A stretch of DNA of 64,000 nucleotides from Intoshia linei. Lineage: Eukaryota; Animalia; Orthonectida. Shown piece by piece: positions 44,272 to 57,005 of the stretch. The stretch is taken from NCBI GenBank assembly GCA_001642005.1, contig LWCA01000027.1, positions 1-64,000 on the forward strand, read 5' to 3'. A model generated the notes under the pieces. It worked only from the letters and a program-made list of their open reading frames with translations, was not told the origin of the DNA and did no database searches. Each line of letters begins with the position of its first letter. The first letter of the stretch is position 1. Position numbers and translations under genes: made by a program.

Positions 44272-47200
44272 ATGGGCAATATTCATAACAAGGATGGCAG
44301 TCAAAAATTGTTTTCAGGTTCGTCCAAAAAAAGACAGTCTTTAAATGTACAAAATACTAGAATTAATTCAGAGGTAATATGTATGTGTTTCATATTCATG
44401 TTTATAGAATTCCAGACTTAGTGCGAGTGATGGATTGAAACCTTTTGATTCGCGGTATATTGCGCCTACTGTAAATGTTACTAGAACTAAATTTCCAACC
44501 GTCATCAAATGGAATAATGTTAATGCTACTTCAATCACGATTTCTGGTAGTTTTGATAATTGGAAGTCTTATATTCCTCTCAGTAAAAGGTATTTATTTG
44601 GAATTTGATTATTTTCTTTATTTTTTTCATGTAGTTCGGACAATTTTTATACCATTCTTGAACTAACTGAAGGGCAACATGAATTCAAATTTAATGTCGA
44701 TGGAGTTTGGAAAGTTACTGATGACTTTGTAAGTTTTCATGTTTGATATTTTTAATCCTCATACACTTGCAGTCAGTACTAAGTCAAGGTTTGTCAATAT
44801 GACCATGTCGTCACCAAGAGTCCTAAAACTTTAATTTAATATAACAAAATTATACAAATTGTCTATTGATTTATTATTTCTATAGTTCTTTTTATAATTA
44901 ATTACCATTATAATTGAGAAAATATCAAATTTTATTAATTAATTAATGTATATTTATTTCATCCATCCAGGGTAAATATAATTATAATTCAATTATAAAT
45001 TATACCACGTATAGTATTATAGTCATTAGGTAAATAAAGAAATACAATGTACCTAAAAATTATATTTGATTTCGACATTTAACACTTTTTTAATAATAAT
45101 TGTATTACTTATTTCACTCTTGGTATACGTCAATTAAAATTTATTAATTTTTTACTAAAATTTTGAAGTATATGTCACTTTAAAGCAGTGTTTCTACAAC
45201 CTTTTTTATTGCGCGGAACCCTTTTGAAATTTAAAAAAATCGCGGCACCTATCAGCATGATCAAAATTTTTTTTGGCATGTCGCATACATAAAACAATTT
45301 GATTTTTATTTAAAAATATAATAACACACGGAATTTAGCCGGTAAAACCAGTTTTCTCCCTCACACTACGAAAAAGCATCCAGGCCCGTGAGAGATAACG
45401 TTTTAGTGAAATATCATTATAAAGAGATAAGTAACTTATTATAATTATTTCAAGAGAATTGGGCCCGTAAAAACCCACCTTCTTTACAATATTTCTCATA
45501 AAGATAATCTGAATTATTATTACTTTTTAACATCATTTTTCAGGTTCCCATACTCACAACGTATAATACTTTTATTAAAACTTATTTGATTTAAATTTGA
45601 GAAATGATGTTGTTTCATTGCATACAACAGTAATTTAGAAAACTTTAAATTGAAAAATATCGCATTTATATTTCACGGAACCCCTGGGTTCCGCGGAACG
45701 CGGGTGAAAACCACTACTTTAAAGAGTGAAAATTATCTTGAGGTCAGCGACCTCAGGTAACAGAATGTAGTGACAAGACAGTGGTTCGCCAACACTGACA
45801 TATACAATATAATTCAATAATTTTTAGAAAACAATCAAAACAAGCGAAGGGATAATTAACAACATTATAAATATAAAATCTTCAGATTGCGAAGTTTTTG
45901 AAGCTTTAGCCTTGGATGCTGAAGGCAGAGCAACGTGTAAATTTAATTATATTTCTAATCGTCTATAATTTACAGTTTAGCTTCATCTGATACTCCCGAA
46001 GGAGAATACACTAGAGAATTTCCATCAAAATACAAAAAATCTTTTTTAGCGTCACCACCGGCACTGCCACCATATTTGACTAATCCTCTATTGAATCAGA
46101 CAGTATCACCAAGCGTATGATATACTGGTTGCATTTATATATGATTTATAGAGCGAACCATGTTTATTACCTCAACCAAGCACTGTCATGTTGAATCATT
46201 TATATGCTCTTTCGATTAGGGTAATTTATTATTGTAAATTGTCTCAATTTGGGTCTGCATTTTGTGATAAGTTTAGAAAATTATGTGTTCATAAATTATA
46301 TTTATTTACTAAGTTGACTGTTATGTACTACGTACAAATAGCACCTAGCTCTGCCAAGGGGGACATTTTTAATTTTACCAAAAAAATAAATTCAATAAGA
46401 AAATCTAACTTAAAATGTTTCTATTCATAAATGCTACATATTATCAATCATTTAAAGGAGTGGTTAAATCCCAAACTTTTTTCACCACGAACCGGTTATT
46501 TCACATAATCTTTTAATTTAAATACAAACATTTATAAAATATTGGAGATAATATATTAAAAATTATTTTTGACTGAGAATTCGTAGACTTCTGTCGCTTA
46601 AAATTTTTCTTTAGATCAATTGGAATAAACTGTATCAGAATATTTTTTTTTAAATTATAGGATTATTAGATCATTTTTGGAATTAGGAATATGTCAATTT
46701 TTGAGATTGAATTTTTTTGTAATTTAATTTAATTTTAACTGAAAATTATTTAGCTGTGATTTTTTTAAAAATTCTAGGACTTCATTTTTTTAAAGTTTTT
46801 GAGGTTACAATTTATGATAATGCATGATTTTAAAAACATCCCAGAACTTATGTTTTATAAAATTATGACTTTATGTTTAAAAAAAGGGTAAATGTATGGT
46901 TTTTACCATAAAAATGTAAATTTCTGAGGTTGAGATGTACGACAATACTAATGATGTTAAAACGCGTTCATTATATTTTTATTAAATTCTGGGACCGATC
47001 TTATTTTTAAAAAAAATATAATTTGTGTTTTTAAATTGTAGAATTTTTAATTAAGCGGTAACACACACATCCAATTTTACATAAGTAAAGGACAATGTGA
47101 GTAATATCACTGAATATTGTGCGCAAATTGAGATCCAAGTGAGAGGCATGCTGTTTAAACGTTAAAAATGTATGTACCATGTATCTAATTTTATTAATAA

Positions 47201-47296
47201 ATTTAGAGAGACGCTGTAGTTCTTAGCAAAACACATCGATATAAACGAAAATACATCACCACCATTTTATATAGACCTCTAGTTAAATACGAATAA
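44272..47296 (+). CDS. PRKAB: AMP-activated protein kinase beta subunit, multi-exon
   Basis: Myristoylation-type MGN start, glycogen-binding domain (PTVIKW..ISGSFDNWK..LTEGQHEFKFNVDGVW), DCEVFEALALD, PPALPP, and C-terminal LLPQPSTVMLNHLYALSIR|..THRYKRKYITTILYRP. Confidence 0.94.
45186..45716. mobile_element. hAT-type MITE in AMPK-beta intron
   Basis: CAGTGTTTC...GAAAACCACTA with TSD CTTTAAAG on both sides and subterminal GCGGAACCC motifs. Confidence 0.8.
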
Positions 47297-47336
47297 ATGT
47301 TGTAAAATAAAATATTAAGTTTATTGTTGATCAGTG

Positions 47337-50300
47337 ATGCGCAGAATGTATTTATCCTTAACTATTTTAATTATAATTTATTGTTTTGTTTCTTCGAATG
47401 GTAAGTAGACACTAAATATGTTCTTAATGAAACTTAAAATTTTTATTAGAAAAATGCACTGTTCCAATAGAATTTCAAGGAGATTGGTATTCAAACAGCC
47501 AGGGCAAGGATTACAACATACTATTGAATGATAAGGAATTGATAGAAGAAAATGAGTTTGTAGGAAGATGCATAGATATAAAAACCTTTAATACAACTCT
47601 TAAAAGAAACTACCGATTGTACTACATTCACTTGCTTTTCAAAAACGTGTTTGTCTTTTTTTTTATCAGATGTACATTTCTTTAGCAAAAATCAATGTCG
47701 TAAATGTTTTCAAATGTACTATAGAACACAAAATGTTATACAATATAAACAATGTAAGATCTTTTTATCGATAAAAATTAATATATTAGATAATTCCTAG
47801 GGTTTATGGTATATATTTAGTAATATGAAATACATTTCCTACAACAGGTCATCGTTTTTAGACGTCCACCCTCAATATACAAGGTTCAAATCTCCTGACC
47901 CCTGGAAAATAACTATTTGTAAATGATTAAATATGTTCATACCAAAAAATTACATTTTTCATAGACGCATGGGACTTTGACAATCCTAAATTAAGTAAGT
48001 ATTGTTTTGAATGTTATTATTAACATTATTAAATTTTTGTTTTATTACAGATTTCCTGAAATTTTCCCCTTGAGAATAGCGGGTGTATGCCGCTTTTTAT
48101 TGCATATGCAGTGCATAAATAATTTATACATGTAAACATTGTACCTTTTTTAGCATCCATTGAGTGTTCCTCACATTCGGCTTCACTTGACGATATTTGC
48201 AGTACAATTTACAACACAACAGAAATATTTACTTTATTCAGTAACATTTTTAAAATGCATAATTAAAAAAAGGTAAAACCCAAAAAACTGTAAGCTGCCG
48301 ATCGACATTCGACGGAATTTACCGATTTAAATATGAGGTGGATATCGGTGGAGGTGGAATTTGCGATAATCCAGCTTCTAAATTAGTTGCTTGTCAAAGA
48401 CCCGGAAGTTTTTATCTGGATAATCAAATTTTTAAAATGCATTTTGCTCCATGCATACAAGTTAGTACGTCAAAAAACGAAAGTATATTTTTTCTATGAT
48501 AAATTTAACTAATTATACTTCTAGTTGTTCGATACGAATGTCTTGGTTCTTGGAGAGATGAAAATAATGATATTTACTTCGCAGTGGCAGACTTGAGAAG
48601 GGAGATTTTTAGAGAAAGATTTCATTGCTTGGTACGTAAAAATTGCAAACCTATTATTCAAAATAATTGGAATTCATTTTTATCACCCAATAAACCTGAT
48701 TTAGGGATACCTTGGTTTTTTGTTCGAATCGTAATATGTGTTGTCATTTACATGTTTGTGTCAACTGAATCCCCATTTTTCGGTACTAAATTTTAAAGAT
48801 GTTAGAGTAGTAATTATACTATTGGTCAAGAATAATTAAAATTATGAGTTTATGACTGAAAATGACCCATACTTTTAAATATTAAAAGTAAAAACTGGTC
48901 TACACGTTTATAAAATTACAGTATACTAGAAAACCCGCGACGACCAAGAACGTAATGATAATTGGATAAGGTATACCATGTCACGATGGGCCGATTGCTC
49001 AACCTTAAAATCGTATTTTAATGGAGATATCAAGCTACAATTATTACCTGGAGGTAAATGAGTTTGATTCTTTTAAAAATTTGAATAGTTATGATGAATG
49101 AACAACGGTTCACTGCAACATGCAACCTCCCGCATAATTTTAGTGGAACTTGGTTTTGGAATACTCAGTTTGACACAAAAGTGGTTATAAACTCTACTCA
49201 CATTTATTATAAAGCAAAAATTGATGAATTTACTTACAGAGAAACATACTATACGTGCTTAATAACACGGGATTCTAGATACCTGATGACTGAAGTTACT
49301 GTAGGACGATGGTATATCTAAGCTATATTATAAATTATTATTTTAGTGAAATTAATTACATTTGTTTCGATTTCCTAAAGAGACATCATAATATCATTAG
49401 ATGGAGAATGGGTATTTAAAATTAATATTTTGTATGAAATACACCGGACACTTATTTTGACAACAGACACTTTTGTAATAATTGGGGCAAGTTTCTTTCT
49501 GATCTATAATCTAACTTTTTGGACCTACATCTTTTTAATTCCACAACGGTTCCGAAACGTATTTAGACCATTTTTTATTAAATAATTTCTCAAAAAAAAG
49601 TGTATTTACATTTATACTATTTATAGGATATTGCTTTTTTGATCATGAAGGTTTAATTTTGATACATTGAATCTTTTCATTCATTAAATGATATCTTTTT
49701 TTAAATTTTGGGATTTAGTTTTTTTCAATTTTATAAATCAATCTGTAGTTTTGAACATAAAGATTTAAGTTTTTGAAATTGAAATTTATATAATGTTCAT
49801 GGTTTTAAAATTAGTATCAGAATATAGATTTTAAAATATTCTAGGTCTCGATCGATTAAAAAATGGATAATTGGGGTTATTTTATCCTGCAAAACTCAAT
49901 TTCTAAAATTAAATTTGCGATAAAAACTAATACTCGAAAACTGTTTTTTAAAAATTGGTGTTTTTAAACTCTACACGTCTTAATTTTGTAAATAAACTGG
50001 AACAAACAAAATTAAAATTCTATTCTGGAACCCTCTTTAAAATATAATATAAAAAAATCCCTAAAACTTTTAAACCATGTTTAAAATATGGTACAAAAAA
50101 ATCTCTAAAACCAACCTTAATATTTGATACAAAAGAATGTCCCTAAGATCCAGGTTTTTCATCATAGGATTTAGTAAAATCGAGTTTTTAAAAAAAAATA
50201 TAGGAAAAAGACGATTTTTTAATTGAGGGTTGTTAAAATTTAATAATTGTTTTATTTTGGGTTTTGGATTAGGAAGTTGTTGCTCATAAGATTTAGTAAA

Positions 50301-52980
50301 ATTGGATTTTTCAAAATAATATTGGAAAAAAAGGATATTTCTCTTAAGCGTTGGTAATATTGAAGTTTTTCTTATAAGATTTGGTAAAATCGTGTTTTTC
50401 AAAAAATATTGAAAAAATGGTGTTTCCATTAAATATTGGTAAAATTGTATTTTTTATTTTGTGGTTTGATTAAGTAAATTTTTTTCATAAGGTTTCGTAA
50501 AATCGGATTTTTCAAAAAAATACCGGTAAAAGTCCATTTTTCCCTGAGGGCTTGAAATTATATTTTTTATTTAATTTTATTAACGGTGGGATAAAAGGGG
50601 GATTTTTGAAATAATAATGTAGCCGTCGTCTAGGCTTTGGGATAATCAACATTTAGAAATCTCTAATAAATATTTAAAATTAACCTATGAACATAAACAA
50701 AAGTTGATCAAAATTTTTCTATATTTAATTTGAATTTCACGGACCCAGGCATATAATTTCGGAACCCAATCGGGAATCACTGTTTTAATGTATATGTTAC
50801 CGTCCGTTTGGAGTTTCAGTCATTATGAAGAATTTTCTTTAATTTTAAATTTTTTCAATATCTATCATTCAAAAATACACTTTTACGAACTCTTATGGTA
50901 AAAATCCACATGACCTTAAAAAAACTAAAATAAAACAGTTGGATTTTTCTGAATAACAATTTTGATTGAACTTTACAATCATCAAATATTAAAAAGATTA
51001 TAAAACGAGAAATAACAAGAGCACCTAGAAAACAAAGAAACAAGAGAAATTATGATAACGAGAGAAGTAGACTAGACGACAAATGAAAATTTTTAAATTT
51101 ACCCATAATTAGGAATGTATTTCAGAAATTATTATTTTCTTAAGATTTGGATAAAAGGGGATTTTTTCCTTAAGGGTTGGTAAACGTGGATTTTTGAATG
51201 ATGGAAAAATAAAATAAAATAAAAGTTAAATTTCAATTTTAAAATAATGTAAAACTTTTAAAACCTGTATTAATGATTAACTTATTGTCGTAATAATTTC
51301 ACTGTAACAATGCTTGATTCCTTACATATATAAAGTAACTAGCTTGGCTGTTTGGTACTATATCAAATGGAATAAACTATATCAGAATAATCTTTTTTTT
51401 AATTTTCGGACCATTAATTATTTCATATTTTTTGTTTTAATAAAATATTTCGGAAAAAAAAATATGTAAATACTAAAATACTTTTTTGACCGTGAAGGTG
51501 TCACTTATTCAGATTTAAATTTTTTGGATGTGTTAACAGGATACAACTGCGCCACTTGTAAATTTTTCTAAATTCTAGGGCAGTTTTCATTAAAAAAAAT
51601 GGTAATTTGTGGTTTTGCCCCTGAAGACATATTTTTTTTAAGTTTAAATTTATGATTTTAAAATCCGTATCAGAGTGTATATTTTTTAAATTCTTTAACT
51701 CGTTTGATTTTTAAAAAAAATGACAATTATGCTTTTTGACCAATAACAAGTGTCAAGCTAGTGTGAGTATGTAATTGCGTGTCATAAATTGAATATTTTT
51801 TATTGCTTATTCTCAGCAAAACTTAATTTGTTCACTTTAAAAAGATAACGATATTTGAAGTTGTGAATTTTAAGCTTCAAAAATAAAATTTTTGGCTTTT
51901 ATTTTCGAAAATCAGCATTGTCTCTTAAGGGTTAATGCGAATTTAAAAATTAAAGTACAAAAAATGTTGATGTTGTTGAAATTGTAGACACAGTGTAATA
52001 ATATAAATAAAATTTTCTAGGACGACCGTTAAGATTAAGAGAAAACAATGAATTGAGCAATTACGAATTTATGGCTAAAAAATTTAGAGAATCGTGTGAC
52101 TGGACAATGTTTACGTATGATCGTCAAAATGTGCAATGGAAATACAATGTTTATTTTTGTAATTTTAATTACCTTAATAAAATCATTGAACCATGACCTT
52201 ATTTGAGGTATCTCAAAAATATTAATGTGGATAAATTTTTGTTTCCGTTATTTGGAAAGTTTGACCATTTTTTAATTCTGTGGTCCAAATTTAGTCAGTA
52301 TAAAGGGATATATTTTAACTATATCTGATATAAATGTATAAATTATTTTATAAGTGAACCCTCCAAAACCGATTGACTGTCCCATTGCTGGTAGATACAC
52401 TTTTATACAATTTGGTAATAAAGAAGAAATGATACAAACCAGAATTCCGGGAATGACACCAAAACCAAGACATCATACAAACTGTAAAATACACGAATCA
52501 GAATTAAAGGTGTGCCGAGACGACACAAAATCAATGCTGCTCGATGCTGACTATTGTATGTCACTAGATCACAATGCTAAGCAGATAGATGAATACGGTA
52601 TTCAACTGTATGTTATGATAATTTTTTTAATAGATAGGGTCGACAATAAATTGATGTGCGTGGGTTACTGGATGGAAGGAATGAAATCACATTTAATTAC
52701 ATATGATTTGGATGACGTAGTTTCCAAATTTCGTTGTTGGATATATGAACGTACAAACTGGAGAACTATTGTAATGTCTCGATCCACACGTGCAGTATGC
52801 AATGAAATTCAGACATCTAAATCGAGGTATCCAAATGAGGGTGCCAGTTTACTTTTAAAACTACACGAAGCTGAAAGAATCAACGACGAATGCCCACAAG
52901 TCTACGTGGATGGAAAAAATCCATATGAATCAATTTATCAAGTCAAATCTTTAAAAGGACAAAACATGACAAATGTATAA
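47337..52980 (+). CDS. Secreted Cys/Trp-rich multi-repeat protein of unknown function, multi-exon
   Basis: Signal peptide MRRMYLSLTILIIIYCFVSS and a repeated architecture: CTVPIEFQGDW / CNLPHNFSGTW, VSCRSTFDGIYRF / IDCPIAGRYTF, YECLGSW..RFHCL / LMCVGYW..KFRCW. Exons join through canonical short introns. It resembles an uncharacterised invertebrate family. Confidence 0.78.
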
Positions 52981-52982
52981 GA

Positions 52983-54110
52983 TTATATTTTAATTTGTTG
53001 TACATGAAGAAATTCTTGAACATAATTACTTTTGTTTGTCTTTGGTTCACAAGATTTTGTGCAAGTGTAAACAGATAAAATTCCCCAGTCTAATTCGTTG
53101 TCGGCGGGTAGTTCAATATAGTTTAGAAGTTGCGGCATAACCTAAACATTTTAAAAACGATAATAATGATTTACTTGAAATTCAAAAACTCGATTAGCTC
53201 CGCAATTAGTGCAATGTGGAATATCCTCTTTTAAAATTTTATTTTTACCTGAAATCCACAATGGTGTCGCTCCTCTATCATATCGAATAATCTATAATTC
53301 ACGTTTGTATTGTTGACATTGAAATAGATTCATATAACTTACCTGGTCGGGGTATTTGTGAATAGATTTACGAAATTTGTAAAATACAATATCCTTGATA
53401 CTATTTTCATAAGTATCGGTAAATTCATTAAACGGTTCAGCAGGTAACTGCGAATCAATTGATAGTGTTTCTAGAGAAGGTGGAAGTAAATCTGATACTT
53501 GATGTGTAAATAAAGATTCGTTTTTTTTAATTATAATCGGTTCTGGACTATAAATAGAAATTTGAAATTCTGGCCAACATTGGGATTTTTTAGGGGAATT
53601 TCCACATTTACAGTGGTCTTTGTGTACTGGCCAGTCTGATATTTGGTGAAATTTGCTACAGTAAAATGTCATGCACTTTGAACACTTTTTGTCGGCTGAA
53701 ACACCACAAGCTACGCAAATATTTGCAACTTTAGATACAGTTTCAAAGTATGGATTATCAGTTTGAAAAAAATTTAATGTATGAATTTCGTTTTTTTCAG
53801 GCATTTGACAACGAATTATGAAAAAATTTCTATTGTCGCACTTTTTTGATCCACACACAAAAATGTATAGTGTTCTATGAAACGCATGCACAATGTTCTT
53901 TATGGGAGCGTATATTTGCAATAGAAATTTTAAAGGTTTTTCGCAAGTTCCAGTACATGTTGGTATTTCACACAAGTTTTTAAAGTCCAACCAGTGAGGA
54001 AAGCCACCAATTTTAGAATCTAAATATGTTTGCTCATTAATTTCAAATGTATCTAGGTTTTCTTTTTCACGTGAATTTATGAATCCCAGCAATAATGAAT
54101 TTTGTTTCAT
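52983..54110 (-). CDS. PDCD2: Programmed cell death protein 2 (PDCD2/Zfrp8), 3 exons
   Basis: SKIGGFPHWL, FLLQIYAP..FHRTLYIFVC, MYND finger (CVACG..CSKC..YCSKFHQISDWPVHKDHC), Q|IIRYDRG..PLW..C..CGANRVFEFQ|VMPQLL..LDWGILSVYTC..YVQEF. Confidence 0.94.
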
Positions 54111-54705
54111 ATTTGAGTGATATATAATTCGTTGTCAAAGACAATTATGGGTTCATGCAAGTGTAATGAAAAAAGGAAATATTTAAATCGTTTCCAACCT
54201 TTCCAGTCTGCGATTTAACCGGTAAAACTGTAAGAATATTTGTATGGGCCATATAATTATTAAATTATAGTTTCACAACAGGTTCACTAATTGTTTCCCG
54301 TTTCGTAACAATTTGGCGTAATTTTGTTAATTAATGTATAAAATTTTGTACATTTTCTTCGCATGCGAACATTCAGTTGTGCGATGTATTGTTATAGCGA
54401 CAAAATCATATATTTTTCTAATTAATCATTGATTTTTTGACCAAAATTTGATAGGGTTTTTAAGGGAAATTTTTTACCCAATTTTAAAAATTTCGAATAG
54501 ACATTTGGTAGGGTTTTGAAGGAATATTTTTAACATTTTAATGGATCTTCAAATTCCTTAAAAATTGGGTAAAAAAATGTTCCTTATAAACTCTTCAAAA
54601 TCTATAAAAATGGGCTGAAAAAATTTTCCTAAAAAAACCCACAAAAATTTCGTGAAAAAAACAATATGATAAATTAATAAAATCGATGATAATATCGCTC
54701 TATAG

Positions 54706-54995
54706 TAGAGGTGGGAAGCATTTATTGTTCGAAGGCCGCACCTTTATAAATAAAATTTAATCAAATACAAGTGCTTCTCATAGGGGTGACTGGTCCCCCA
54801 TGGTGTGAATAATTTTATTAGGGGGTGAATATGAAGATTTTAGATGATTGGAGGTGAATGATAAATTTTTAGCATATTTTATTCAATTTTGTAAAATCTT
54901 ATGAGAGGAAACCTAATTTTACCAAAAATAAAATAAATTTAAATTGTTAAGAGGCCGCACCAAATCGTCAATAAGGTCGCATTTCCCCACCTCTT
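54706..54995. mobile_element. hAT-type MITE
   Basis: TAGAGGTGGG...CCCACCTCTT with TSD CTCTATAG/CTCTAAAG. A related inverted copy lies at ~25590-25718. Confidence 0.65.
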
Positions 54996-55908
54996 CTCTA
55001 AAGTATGGTCGTCATTCTTCGCGGCTCGGAAATAGTCTAAATTACAATAAATTGACAAATTTTAAAATGGCATCCAGACTCTGGATTCCAGTTATTTATT
55101 TCAAATCCAAGTTGATTTTTGGTTGATAAATAAAAAATTCATTTGCGGTAATAAATCGAATTAATTTAAATTTTGGTCAATATCACGCATTGCAGTGCAC
55201 GCTGGTCGGAAAATTGATTTCGTTGTGAATACATTTTTAGAATATAAATCCCCTGAAATTTTGTCAAATAAAATAAAAAAATTGACATTTTTTGTAAAAC
55301 CATGCTCTCACAAATATTTTCCAGATTAAAGGCACCCACGTACAATTTTTCATACCCTTGATTTATATTTTGAAAGACAAATTCCATTTACAGTTTAACA
55401 AATAGTGTAACTTTAAATTCCTTACAAATTATAACTTTTGAATACTGCGACATATTTCTGATGTCATGATGAGTTAAGAATTTACTTGAGAACTGAAACT
55501 GTTAACTAATTTCATTTTCATGTAAACGCACTTGCATAACGTACAAACTACCTTACAAAAAAATTCAATAAATCGAAAAATGGTACGTTTGCAACTTTAA
55601 CATTTTAATGTGTCATTATGAATTTGCGAATAAAGTACATAAGTTATCAGGAAATAGGATCAACTAAAATAAAGTAAACAAAAAATACTAAGACATGCCT
55701 ATTCCATTTTAATTTTAGTTATACCATTACGTCCACTGATCGTAAATTTTTGAAACAATAAGGAATACATCATTGCGTCTTCTTATTCACTAAGCGCCTT
55801 TGTAACGTCATTAATTTAAATTTAATGATGCATAATTTTTATCATTTCAATATTATGAATAATAAAAATATTCATAAAGTGTTTATTAAATGTAGGTATC
55901 TTAGGCAT

Positions 55909-56918
55909 TTAGATATAGGTAAGATTCGGTTCACTGATCAGAGAGAGCATTCTTTGTTTTCTAAAATAAATTACAATACAATGAACCGCGTCAACCTTTT
56001 TTCTCTTTTTAGGTTGGCCAATCTGTTCAAAACTGGAAGTACTTTCCTCCACAAATACAAAAGAGTCACTAGAATGTTTGTCTGACTTTTCATCTACTTT
56101 TTTATCGAGTTTGCGTATTGGTAATTTAACTGCTGCTTGATTATCAAAAGAAGCTTCTACGACTGCATCAACTTTTTTAACTATTGCATTTGTCGCCACG
56201 TTTTTCTTGATTGGTTTTTTCTTTTTCTTTTCAACAATCTTATCCTTTTTTTCCTTGGTAGATTTGATGATTGGATCAAGTACTACTGGAATAATGACAG
56301 GTGTTGGTGCCACCTTTTTCAATAACATCTGTTTAATTTTATCTTTTTTAGTTTTAGACTAAACGTGAATTTAAATAAAAAATAATGTTACCTTTTTGAT
56401 GGGTTTGGCCTCCATGTTATCATCAATCTTTAAATCTTTAAATTTATTGTCTTCCAATGTATTGTAAATTTTACTCTTTTTCTTCACTTTATCTTTTTTC
56501 TTTTCAGGCTTATCCGTTTTGTCAATAATCTTTGTTTTCGTAATACACCATTCTAATAGTTAGTTAAATAATTATAAATAAGATTACCTCTATCCCCAAA
56601 TTCCACATCTTCCTGGTTGGATTGGTTAAGACGCTAAAGTTATTAGTATTAGTATAAAATGGTGCAAACCATTTCGACTGATTCGGTTTTTGATTTTAAT
56701 TCTACCACTGGTTCCGGTTTTAGGACAATCTCAACTTCTTCCCGAACAATAATTGGTTTAACAGTACATTTTTTTGTCTTGGGTTTTTTTTTAATAGTTA
56801 AAAACTCATTAGTCTCTTGAGGACGATAAGAATATGCCATTTTTAGGACAACACATGCGACAACAATAAATACACCGTAAAAAGTGGTCAAATTACAATA
56901 CTGGATAAGATAGTCCAT
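55909..56918 (-). CDS. N-terminally membrane-anchored, Lys/Pro/Val-rich low-complexity protein, multi-exon
   Basis: Hydrophobic FYGVFIVVACVVL followed by KKKPKTKK and further K-rich exons joined by short introns. The architecture resembles ER membrane proteins such as LYRIC/MTDH or the p180/kinectin N-terminus, but orthology is not established and the 3' end is uncertain. Confidence 0.6.
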
Positions 56919-57005
56919 TTTTGGATAAATTTAATGTTTAATTAACTAGGTTAAAGTTAATTTTGTTGATTTTCCATAGTAATAGTCTAAATAGATAAAG
57001 TAACA

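Noticed and set aside
50070-50429. 119-aa ORF with periodic sequence
   Set aside because: It is the translation of ~31-bp tandem subrepeats inside an intronic repeat element, not a gene.
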